A DNA stretch of 64,000 nt, taken from assembly GCF_058153355.1 (NCBI RefSeq), contig NZ_CM177019.1. One strand, written 5' to 3'. How positions within the stretch are numbered: the first letter of the stretch is position 1; the number at the start of each line of letters is the position of its first letter. The notes beneath the pieces were generated by a model, which made no database searches, was not told the DNA's origin, and saw nothing but the letters and a program-made list of their open reading frames with translations. Shown here piece by piece: positions 53,466 to 62,915 of the stretch. Position numbers and translations under genes: made by a program.

Positions 53466-53898
53466 AGCATTAATTTTTATTTTTTTATCTGGAATTCCCT
53501 GGACTCTACACGCAGGAAATAATTATTTTTTATGTAATACATCCAAAGGAACTTTGTCATTAACAAGTTTTGGTGAAACGTTGATTTATGAAATGAATAG
53601 TCAGCATGGGAATAAATTTCAATTCATTTCAGATGGACCAATGTATTCAGGATTTTTTTATAATCATTACTCCAGATTTCAAACGGATTACTTTAGCGTT
53701 AGTTTTATTCAAAGTGGATATAAGTACTCCGTGTTTAGCAATTACGACAACGGTAGTAACATGCGAGGGGTTAGTGTCATTGATATGAAAACAAAAAAAG
53801 AATACGTTTATAATTGCAAAGATTATAAAGTGGACAGGCTTTATAATCTGAAAAAAAAGCTTAAATGTGATATTAATAATGTACTAAGTTGTCAGTAA
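53449..53898 (+). CDS. Putative periplasmic immunity protein for the muramidase-like toxin module
   Basis: 149 aa, hydrophobic N-terminus MSNIDRALIFIFLSGIPWTLHA; overlaps the effector stop by 17 nt; very AT-rich. Confidence 0.4.
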   Translation: MSNIDRALIFIFLSGIPWTLHAGNNYFLCNTSKGTLSLTSFGETLIYEMNSQHGNKFQFISDGPMYSGFFYNHYSRFQTDYFSVSFIQSGYKYSVFSNYDNGSNMRGVSVIDMKTKKEYVYNCKDYKVDRLYNLKKKLKCDINNVLSCQ

Positions 53899-53975
53899 AT
53901 TGTATCTTACAACGTTCGGGCGGTACGATTTACTGAAGCTGGCTTTTCATAGGCTGGAGGAAAACAGCAAGGGTA

Positions 53976-54645
53976 ATAAAGGTAAAGACCATATAACGCC
54001 GATTTTTTGCACTAAACAATTAGCACTAAATGTCCAATAATCAAGATATCCCTTATTATTTAATAAGTGTTTTCATAGCTTATATATATTCAGACACTCC
54101 TTACATAAACAAGGAGAAAAAATGGAACTTAAAAAATTAATGGAGCATATTTCTACTGTCCCGATTACAGACAAGTCTGGAAAGTAGAGTATAAATTATC
54201 AGATATCCTAGTGCTGATTATTTTCGCCATCCTTTCCGGAGCTGAAGGATGGGAAGATATAGAGGATTCTGGTGAGACTCATCTCGATTTGTTGAAGCAA
54301 TATGGTGATTTTTAATATGGTATTCCTATTCACGATATCATTGCCAGAGTTGTGTCCTGTATCAGTCCTGGAAAATTTCACGAGTTCTTTATTAGCTGGA
54401 TGTGTGACTGTCATTCTTCAGATAATAAAACCATCATCGCAATAGATGGAAAAGCACTCCAGCACTTTTTTGATTAGCATCGTCGCAGAGGAACAATTCA
54501 TAATCATTGCGATCTCGACGATGTATAGTCTGATCCTGCGGCAGAACAAGACGGATAAAAAATCTAATGAGAGCACACTCATCAAGAACTTCTCAACCTA
54601 ATGAATATTAAAGAAAAATCATCGCAGCCAATGAAGTAATATGCA
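53976..54645 (+). mobile_element. Heavily degraded ISAs1/H-repeat remnant (multiple stops/frameshifts, 3' truncated)
   Basis: Recognisable but broken transposase N-terminus ([11 protein letters not shown]…[28 protein letters not shown]…); preceded at 53921-53975 by another fragment of the effector mid-region (…YDLLKL…LEEN…). Confidence 0.55.
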
Positions 54646-54697
54646 AAAATAATTAGTCCTTACAAGGAGCAAAGTTCCATAATCTCCCCCGCCCCCC

Positions 54698-55834
54698 TCA
54701 ATGATCCAAATAAAGATAATGCATCCAACTGGTCATTCTTAGCAGCACTTTCCGCATCACCGAAACATGGCTGAAATGGTCGGAGTAAACCGCCACCTGG
54801 GCGTAGATACCGTCGGGTAAGGCATCAATATCAGCGTTAGGGTCCAGTTCGATGGTTCCCAGCACACCGTCCGTGCCGGGCACGACGGTTAATGATTGCA
54901 GTACCCCTTGCGCCTGATACGAACCACCAGGCACCACCGGCAAGATGCTGGTCAGTTTGCCGTGGAATACCTGCCCAGGTAGCGCGTTAAACACCACTTC
55001 CGCATCATCGCCGGGTTTCAGACGTAACAGCGAGTTCTGCCGAAATTGGGCGACAATTTGCCGTTTTTGCTCGGGGATGAAAACCATCACCGGACGTAGC
55101 GGCAAGGCAGCTGCGTATGTACCTGGGCGGATCAGTACCTGAGTAACGTAGCCATTGCTTGGTGCGCGAATGACAGTCTGCTCAAGGTTATATTTTGCTT
55201 CGGTAAGTTGCGCTCTTAAGCTCACAATCTGCGATTGCTCGCCGTTAACCATACTGTCGAGCTGACTCTGGATCTGCGCCTGCTCCGCCACCGAGCCTTT
55301 CACCAGCGCGTCCTGCGCGAGGAAGTTTTGCCGCGCATCGTCGATGTCACGTTCCGAGAACGGATTCACTGCCGCCTGGCTGCCTTTCAGGTAACGTTGA
55401 TAATTTTTAAACAAGCGGTCACGCTCCGCTGAAACCTGGGTGGTGTTGGCCTGCGCTTCAGTGAGCTGCGCGCGCAGCGTCTTTATATTATGCGTCGCCG
55501 TCATCAGGTCAGCCTGAAGCCTGTCAACTCGCACCTGGTAACGAACCGGGTCGAGTTTAAAAAGCACCTCGCCCTTTTGAATAAGCTGATTATTCTTGTC
55601 AGTGACTTCAGTAACAATTCCCGTCACCTGTGGCGTGATGGGGATCGCTATCACTGCCTTTTGCGCGGTAAAAGTGTAAGGGTGGTTGTAGTTCATCAAC
55701 AAAATCAAACCACTCACCAGAAACACGCCTCCCAGCGCCGCCGTCGCCAGCGTCCACTGATTTACCGGAATGCGGAAGATTTTAAAGACCGCCCACGCCA
55801 GCGCCACGTAAGTTAAAACAATCAATAGATCCAT
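54698..55834 (-). CDS. yibH: HlyD-family membrane fusion protein (yiaV paralogue)
   Basis: 378 aa, ~75% identical in sequence pattern to the yiaV product at 28099-29235; position upstream of mtlA. Confidence 0.9.
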   Translation of the reverse strand: MDLLIVLTYVALAWAVFKIFRIPVNQWTLATAALGGVFLVSGLILLMNYNHPYTFTAQKAVIAIPITPQVTGIVTEVTDKNNQLIQKGEVLFKLDPVRYQVRVDRLQADLMTATHNIKTLRAQLTEAQANTTQVSAERDRLFKNYQRYLKGSQAAVNPFSERDIDDARQNFLAQDALVKGSVAEQAQIQSQLDSMVNGEQSQIVSLRAQLTEAKYNLEQTVIRAPSNGYVTQVLIRPGTYAAALPLRPVMVFIPEQKRQIVAQFRQNSLLRLKPGDDAEVVFNALPGQVFHGKLTSILPVVPGGSYQAQGVLQSLTVVPGTDGVLGTIELDPNADIDALPDGIYAQVAVYSDHFSHVSVMRKVLLRMTSWMHYLYLDH

Positions 55835-55836
55835 AT

Positions 55837-56199
55837 TTAGATCTCCGGGAACGTGGAATAGTCAGTCTTTTTCTCGGCGGCGAGTTGATGCTCCAGCCGG
55901 GAAATTCGGTCAGAAAGTGCGGCGATTTCCGGGTCAGTCGCTTTCTCCTGCGACGCAACATGTGACTGCATACCCCAGCCACGCTCCGGTTGATAGAGCG
56001 TCGCCCAGATCCACAGGAACGGCCAGATAACATGCAGAGTAAACAGGCTCACCCAGCCCGCCGTATGAATAGCGTCGGCATGGGGGTGATTGCGCTTTTT
56101 GGCAATCAGATAAGGGATGTCATGTATCGCGATGATTCCATAAAAAATCACCAGAAAGACGAAGATCAGCACTCCCAACGCGAAATAGTTTAGAAACAT
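55837..56199 (-). CDS. yibI: DUF3302 small inner-membrane protein (yiaW paralogue)
   Basis: 120 aa: [45 protein letters not shown]…. Confidence 0.85.
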   Translation of the reverse strand: MFLNYFALGVLIFVFLVIFYGIIAIHDIPYLIAKKRNHPHADAIHTAGWVSLFTLHVIWPFLWIWATLYQPERGWGMQSHVASQEKATDPEIAALSDRISRLEHQLAAEKKTDYSTFPEI

Positions 56200-56415
56200 A
56201 TCTGCCTCGGATTCACGTTTATCGGTGTTGTTTTTTGGCTGGCAGCCAGAAGGGAGTCAGGCTGATATTTTGACAATAATTCGGGTTCGCGATTCTCGCC
56301 ATAACACCAAAGAATAATTTTTAGAGGTGATGAGTTGCTTAGTTACATAACGATTTTATGACGAAGGCATAACATGCTGCAGATCACATCAGGTGAACGC
56401 CGTAAGAAAATATCT

Positions 56416-56592
56416 TGTGATTCAGATCACAAAGATTCAACAAACTAACAAAACAAAAATGTGACATTACTCACATTTAAATGCCATTTTTAGCGAAAAT
56501 CGCCGTCTTGTTGCTTTTTTACACAAGTATTTTGTGATGCACATCACGTCAATTACCTCTCTACCCCCTATATTTATGTGATCTATATCACA
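56416..56592 (+). promoter_or_regulatory. mtlA promoter region with at least three CRP-consensus sites
   Basis: TGTGATTCAGATCACA (56416-56431, perfect consensus), TGTGATGCACATCACG (56533-56548), TGTGATCTATATCACA (56577-56592); all within 320 bp upstream of mtlA. Confidence 0.55.
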
Positions 56593-56735
56593 CAAAAAGC
56601 CGTCGACTGGACAGTTAACCGATTCAGTGCCAGATTTCGCACTATCAACAAGGTCCGGCTACCTCTGCCGCCACATTAACAAAAAACCTCGGGCTTCCAG
56701 CCTGCGCGACAGCAAACATAAGAAGGGGTGTTTTT

Positions 56736-58649
56736 ATGTCATCCGATATTAAGATCAAAGTGCAAAGCTTTGGTCGTTTCCTCAGCAACATGGTGATGCC
56801 AAATATCGGCGCGTTTATCGCGTGGGGTATCATCACCGCGTTATTTATTCCAACAGGGTGGTTACCGAACGAAACGCTGGCGAAGCTGGTCGGGCCGATG
56901 ATCACTTATCTCCTGCCGCTGCTGATCGGTTATACCGGTGGTAAGCTGGTAGGCGGCGAACGTGGCGGCGTAGTCGGTGCCATCACCACCATGGGCGTTA
57001 TCGTCGGCGCAGATATGCCGATGTTCCTCGGTTCTATGATTGCAGGTCCGCTGGGCGGCTGGTGCATTAAGCACTTCGACCGCTGGGTAGACGGTAAGAT
57101 CAAATCCGGTTTTGAGATGCTGGTGAATAACTTCTCCGCTGGCATCATCGGGATGATCCTCGCTATTCTGGCGTTCCTCGGCATTGGCCCAATTGTTGAA
57201 GCCCTGTCCAAAATGCTGGCTGCGGGCGTTAACTTCATGGTTGTCCATGACATGCTGCCGCTGGCGTCTATCTTTGTTGAACCGGCGAAAATCCTGTTCC
57301 TCAACAACGCCATTAACCACGGTATCTTCTCGCCGCTGGGTATTCAGCAGTCCCATGAACTGGGTAAATCCATCTTCTTCCTGATTGAAGCTAACCCAGG
57401 TCCGGGTATGGGTGTTCTGCTGGCGTACATGTTCTTTGGCCGTGGTAGCGCTAAACAGTCTGCGGGCGGTGCGGCAATCATTCACTTCCTGGGGGGTATC
57501 CACGAAATCTACTTCCCGTATGTGCTGATGAATCCGCGTCTGATCCTGGCCGTTATCCTCGGTGGTATGACTGGCGTATTCACGCTGACTATCCTGGGCG
57601 GTGGTCTGGTTTCACCGGCATCTCCGGGTTCTATCCTTGCTGTACTGGCAATGACACCAAAAGGTGCTTACTTCGCTAACATCGCGGGTGTGTGTGCGGC
57701 GATGGCAGTCTCCTTCGTTGTCTCTGCTATTTTGCTGAAAACCAGCAAAGTGAAAGAAGAAGATGACATTGAAGCAGCAACGCGTCGTATGCAGGACATG
57801 AAAGCTGAATCTAAAGGTGCATCTCCGCTGTCTGCTGGCGATGTGACTAACGACCTGAGCCACGTCCGTAAAATCATCGTTGCCTGTGATGCCGGTATGG
57901 GTTCCAGTGCGATGGGCGCAGGTGTGCTGCGTAAGAAAATTCAGGATGCAGGTCTGTCGCAGATTTCTGTTACTAACAGCGCGATCAACAACCTGCCGCC
58001 AGATGTGGACCTGGTCATCACTCACCGTGACCTGACCGAACGCGCTATGCGCCAGGTTCCGCAGGCACAGCATATTTCGCTGACCAACTTCCTCGACAGC
58101 GGCCTGTACACCAGCCTGACCGAACGTCTGGTTGCTGCCCAGCGCCATACTGAAAACGAAGTAAAAGTGAAAGACAGTCTGAAAGACAGCTTTGACGATT
58201 CCAGTGCTAACCTGTTCAAACTGGGCGCGGAGAACATCTTCCTTGGTCGCAAAGCGGCAACCAAAGAAGAAGCGATTCGTTTTGCTGGCGAGCAGCTGGT
58301 GAAAGGCGGTTACGTTGAGCCGGAATACGTTCAGGCGATGCTGGATCGTGAAAAACTGACCCCGACCTATCTGGGTGAGTCTATCGCGGTGCCGCACGGT
58401 ACGGTTGAAGCGAAAGACCGCGTACTGAAAACGGGCGTGGTGTTCTGCCAGTACCCGGAAGGCGTGCGCTTCGGTGAAGAAGAAGATGACATTGCCCGCC
58501 TGGTGATTGGTATTGCTGCCCGTAACAACGAGCACATTCAGGTGATCACCAGCCTGACCAATGCACTGGATGATGAGTCCGTCATCGAGCGTCTGGCGCA
58601 CACCACCAGCGTGGATGAAGTGCTGGAACTGCTGGCAGGTCGTAAGTAA
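56736..58649 (+). CDS. mtlA: Mannitol-specific PTS enzyme IICBA
   Basis: 637 aa from MSSDIKIKVQSFGRFLSNMVMPNIGAFIAWGIITALF…; IIC membrane domain, IIB cysteine region (CDAGMGSSAMG), IIA His domain. Confidence 0.95.
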   Translation: MSSDIKIKVQSFGRFLSNMVMPNIGAFIAWGIITALFIPTGWLPNETLAKLVGPMITYLLPLLIGYTGGKLVGGERGGVVGAITTMGVIVGADMPMFLGSMIAGPLGGWCIKHFDRWVDGKIKSGFEMLVNNFSAGIIGMILAILAFLGIGPIVEALSKMLAAGVNFMVVHDMLPLASIFVEPAKILFLNNAINHGIFSPLGIQQSHELGKSIFFLIEANPGPGMGVLLAYMFFGRGSAKQSAGGAAIIHFLGGIHEIYFPYVLMNPRLILAVILGGMTGVFTLTILGGGLVSPASPGSILAVLAMTPKGAYFANIAGVCAAMAVSFVVSAILLKTSKVKEEDDIEAATRRMQDMKAESKGASPLSAGDVTNDLSHVRKIIVACDAGMGSSAMGAGVLRKKIQDAGLSQISVTNSAINNLPPDVDLVITHRDLTERAMRQVPQAQHISLTNFLDSGLYTSLTERLVAAQRHTENEVKVKDSLKDSFDDSSANLFKLGAENIFLGRKAATKEEAIRFAGEQLVKGGYVEPEYVQAMLDREKLTPTYLGESIAVPHGTVEAKDRVLKTGVVFCQYPEGVRFGEEEDDIARLVIGIAARNNEHIQVITSLTNALDDESVIERLAHTTSVDEVLELLAGRK

Positions 58650-58659
58650 TCCAATCCCA

Positions 58660-58990
<331 letters not shown>

Positions 58991-59012
58991 AACATTGATG
59001 AAGGTTAATACT

Positions 59013-60161
59013 ATGAAAGCATTACATTTTGGCGCAGGTAATATCGGTCGTGGCTTTATCGGTAAACTGCTGGCAGACGCAGGTATCCAACTGACGTTTG
59101 CCGATGTCAATCAGGTGGTACTTGATGCCCTGAATGCCCGTCATAGCTATCAGGTTCATGTGGTCGGTGAAACCGAGCAGGTAGATACCGTTTCTGGCGT
59201 CAATGCTGTCAGCAGCATTGGTGATGATGTCGTTGAGCTGATTGCTCAGGTTGATTTAGTCACTACCGCCGTGGGCCCGGTTGTGCTGGAACGTATTGCT
59301 CCGGCAATCGCCAAAGGGCTGGTGAAACGTAAAGAACAAGGTAATGAATCCCCGCTGAACATTATCGCCTGTGAAAACATGGTACGCGGCACCACGCAGC
59401 TGAAAGGCCATGTGATGAACGCCCTGCCAGAAGACGCCAAAGCGTGGGTAGAAGAACACGTTGGCTTTGTGGACTCTGCCGTTGACCGCATCGTACCGCC
59501 TTCCGCTTCGGCAACGAACGATCCGCTGGAAGTGACAGTCGAAACCTTCAGCGAATGGATTGTCGATAAAACTCAGTTCAAAGGTGCACTGCCGAACATC
59601 CCAGGCATGGAGTTAACCGACAACCTGATGGCATTTGTTGAGCGTAAACTCTTCACCCTGAATACAGGTCATGCTATAACCGCGTACCTCGGAAAACTGG
59701 CGGGTCATCAGACCATTCGTGACGCGATTCTCGACGCGAAAATCCGCGCGGTGGTAAAAGGTGCGATGGAAGAAAGCGGCGCTGTACTGATTAAGCGTTA
59801 CGGTTTTGACGCGGACAAACATGCGGCGTACATCCAGAAAATCCTTGGTCGTTTTGAAAACCCGTATCTGAAAGACGATGTAGAGCGCGTAGGCCGTCAG
59901 CCGCTGCGTAAACTGAGTGCTGGCGACCGTCTGATCAAGCCACTGCTCGGAACGCTGGAATATGGTCTGCCACATAAAAACCTGATTGAAGGTATTGCCG
60001 CTGCAATGCACTTCCGCAGTGAAGATGATCCGCAGGCTCAGGAACTGGCAGCACTGATTGCCGACAAAGGCCCGCAAGCCGCACTGGCGCAGATTTCTGG
60101 CCTTGATGCTAACAGCGAGGTTGTATCCGAGGCGGTAACCGCTTATAAAGCAATGCAATAA
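59013..60161 (+). CDS. mtlD: Mannitol-1-phosphate 5-dehydrogenase
   Basis: 382 aa from [20 protein letters not shown] (Rossmann GxGxxG); the ORF-track start at 58869 runs through the REP cluster and is an extension. Confidence 0.95.
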   Translation: MKALHFGAGNIGRGFIGKLLADAGIQLTFADVNQVVLDALNARHSYQVHVVGETEQVDTVSGVNAVSSIGDDVVELIAQVDLVTTAVGPVVLERIAPAIAKGLVKRKEQGNESPLNIIACENMVRGTTQLKGHVMNALPEDAKAWVEEHVGFVDSAVDRIVPPSASATNDPLEVTVETFSEWIVDKTQFKGALPNIPGMELTDNLMAFVERKLFTLNTGHAITAYLGKLAGHQTIRDAILDAKIRAVVKGAMEESGAVLIKRYGFDADKHAAYIQKILGRFENPYLKDDVERVGRQPLRKLSAGDRLIKPLLGTLEYGLPHKNLIEGIAAAMHFRSEDDPQAQELAALIADKGPQAALAQISGLDANSEVVSEAVTAYKAMQ

Positions 60162-60748
60162 TGGTGGACCAGGCGCAGGACTCCCTGCGCCCGAATAACA
60201 GATTGTCAGATATGCAGGCAACAATGGAACAAACCCAGGCCTTTGAAAACCGTGTGCTTGAGCGTCTGAATGCTGGCAAAACCGTGCGAAGCTTTCTGAT
60301 TACCGCCGTCGAGCTTTTGACCGAGGCGGTAAATCTTCTGGTGCTTCAGGTATTCCGCAAAGACGATTACGCGGTGAAGTATGCTGTAGAACCGTTACTC
60401 GACGGCGATGGCCCGCTGGGCGATCTTTCTGTGCGTTTAAAACTCATTTACGGGTTGGGTGTCATTAACCGCCATGAATATGAAGATGCGGAACTGCTGA
60501 TGGCATTGCGTGAAGAACTAAATCACGACGGCAATGAGTACGCCTTTACCGACGATGAAATTCTTGGCCCCTTTGGTGAGCTGCACTGTGTGGCGGCGTT
60601 ACCACCGCCGCCACAGTTTGAACCCGCAGACTCCAGTTTGTATGCAATGCAAATTCAGCGTTACCAACAGGCTGTGCGATCAACAATGGTCCTTTCACTG
60701 ACAGAGCTGATTTCCAAAATCAGCTTAAAAAAAGCCTTTCAAAAGTAA
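60161..60748 (+). CDS. mtlR: Mannitol operon repressor
   Basis: 195-aa ORF overlapping the mtlD stop (TAATG). Confidence 0.85.
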   Translation: MVDQAQDSLRPNNRLSDMQATMEQTQAFENRVLERLNAGKTVRSFLITAVELLTEAVNLLVLQVFRKDDYAVKYAVEPLLDGDGPLGDLSVRLKLIYGLGVINRHEYEDAELLMALREELNHDGNEYAFTDDEILGPFGELHCVAALPPPPQFEPADSSLYAMQIQRYQQAVRSTMVLSLTELISKISLKKAFQK

Positions 60749-60758
60749 GTACTTTCGC

Positions 60759-60968
60759 TTACTTCTCCTCTACCTGTTTCGGCCGATAAAGCCGACGATA
60801 ATACTCCAGACGTTGTAGATATAACGGCACGCTTTCATCAGGTATTCCGGACGGAATCGCATTGCGGGGAGGAAGTTTTTTCAGATACTCCCGGAACGCC
60901 TGGCTCGATGCCATGAAATCTACAGCTTTATCGATAAGAAGCGGAACGTTTTCACCTAATTTGCCCAT
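60759..60968 (-). CDS. yibT: Small conserved protein YibT
   Basis: 69-aa ORF, position between mtlR and yibL as in K-12. Confidence 0.6.
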   Translation of the reverse strand: MGKLGENVPLLIDKAVDFMASSQAFREYLKKLPPRNAIPSGIPDESVPLYLQRLEYYRRLYRPKQVEEK

Positions 60969-61251
60969 GATGATATCTCCGTATTACCCCGCGCCGGGAA
61001 TGCGCGGCCGCCAATTTTAGTTTAGATCCCGGTATAAATGACATTAAGGAAAACGTGCTCAATCCTCAATAATGATCCTCTTCTGTTGTCTATCTTTTTT
61101 CTTTAAATTTCCTAACTAATCAATAGATTGGGTGATTTTCAAACACATTAATGGTTACAATCTGGAACTATTACAATGCCATCTGTTGTGAACAAAGCAC
61201 CTGGTCGCGCATACTAGAGGCTATAAATTTATCTCTATCAGAAGTCATCAC

Positions 61252-61614
61252 ATGAAAGAAGTCGAAAAAAACGAAATCAAACGTCTCAGCGATCGCCTGG
61301 ACGCTATCCGCCATCAGCAGGCTGACCTGTCACTTGTTGAAGCCGCAGATAAATATGCCGAACTGGAAAAAGAAAAAGCCACGCTGGAAGCCGAAATTGC
61401 TCGCCTGCGTGAAGTTCACAGTCAGAAACTCAGTAAAGAAGCGCAAAAACTGATGAAAATGCCCTTCCAGCGCGCGATTACCAAAAAAGAGCAGGCTGAT
61501 ATGGGCAAGCTGAAGAAAAGTGTTCGCGGACTGGTAGTTGTGCATCCGATGACCGCGCTGGGCCGCGAAATGGGCCTGCAAGAGATGACCGGATTCTCTA
61601 AGACCGCATTTTAA
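61252..61614 (+). CDS. yibL: DUF2810 ribosome-associated protein YibL
   Basis: 120 aa, coiled-coil-rich (…[33 protein letters not shown]…). Confidence 0.8.
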
Positions 61615-62187
61615 GTACCTGTCTCACCGCTGTAATCACAGCCTCTCACGATTTACTCGCTCCTGCTGGCACATGCAGGAGCCTGATACCAGATATCGGA
61701 TATCTTTAACATTCTTATCACTATTGCTTCCATCTCACCGGCTCTTTGAAGCGCATATTACAGGCTAAATTCTGAAATTATGGTATGGAATAAAAAAGTG
61801 ATATATAAGCGATAACAATGAATTAATGCACATTAATGCCTGTAACAGCCATTAATTATTTATATTTATCGCTCAGAATCACACACTTCCCAAGAAAACA
61901 TCACCATGCTGAATATTAATATTTCTCCTGGTCGGTGTTTTCATCCGGTGAAACATTTGACATTGATTGACATCGATCATTAAAATCCGCGCGATTAATA
62001 TTATTGGCTACAATCTGAAATTGTCTGACATTTAATGTCATATTCGCACTACCAATTAATACAACAATTAATAGAAAAAGTCTCTTATAAATTTATATAA
62101 CGTATATTTTCCACTCGAATCATTCATAAAAAGGATGATTACGCCGTAACAGTTAACGTATCGGGATCATGAAAAGGAATTCACCCT

Positions 62188-62871
62188 ATGAGCATCAAAA
62201 AAGCACTATTAAGCATGTTGATAACATTGCCACTCTGGGTATTGACTGGGTGTGACTATATTGAGAAAGCGAATCTGATCGACGATCTTGCCAAACAGCA
62301 AGAATTGCAAAAAAGTAAAATAGAGATTCTTGAAAAACAACAAGAACAATATAAAAGAAAAATAGAAATTATTGAAAATCAACAAATTAATATTGCAAAC
62401 ACCACTAAAGTGCTGGCGGGTGTAGTAAAGACGGTCAAAGACAAACAGAACGAATTTGTCTTCACCGAATTTAACCCAGCACAAACAAAATACTTCATTT
62501 TAAACAATGGCTCGGTTGGTTTGGCAGGCCGGGTGCTGTCTATTGATGCAGTTGAAAATGGTAGCGTTATTCGTATTTCGCTGGTCAACCTATTAAGCGT
62601 TCCCGTATCAAATATTGGCTTTCAAGCCACATGGGGCAGTGAAAGACCCACCGATACCAAAGCGCTGTCGAAGTGGCAACAATTACTTTTCAACACCACC
62701 ATGAACTCCACCCTGCAATTAATGCCTGGTCAATGGCAAGACATTAACCTGACATTAAAAGGCGTTTCACCTAATAACCTGAAGTATCTGAAATTGTCCA
62801 TCAATATGGCCAATCTCCAGTTCGACACTGTTCAACCTGCTGAAACTCAGCAGCGGAAAAACAAAAAATAA
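62188..62871 (+). CDS. Putative lipoprotein with N-terminal coiled-coil
   Basis: 227 aa; signal peptide with lipobox (…TLPLWVLTGC); AT-rich gene preceded by ~480 bp AT-rich non-coding DNA; not part of the K-12 yibL–lldP junction as recalled. Confidence 0.55.
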   Translation: MSIKKALLSMLITLPLWVLTGCDYIEKANLIDDLAKQQELQKSKIEILEKQQEQYKRKIEIIENQQINIANTTKVLAGVVKTVKDKQNEFVFTEFNPAQTKYFILNNGSVGLAGRVLSIDAVENGSVIRISLVNLLSVPVSNIGFQATWGSERPTDTKALSKWQQLLFNTTMNSTLQLMPGQWQDINLTLKGVSPNNLKYLKLSINMANLQFDTVQPAETQQRKNKK

Positions 62872-62915
62872 ATGCAGCTTCTGCGCTTATATCAAGGAAT
62901 AGAGAACATCAATAA

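Noticed and set aside
61640-61690. Hairpin ctcctgctggcacatgcaggag after yibL as a rho-independent terminator
   Set aside because: Good stem but not followed by a T-tract; left unannotated.
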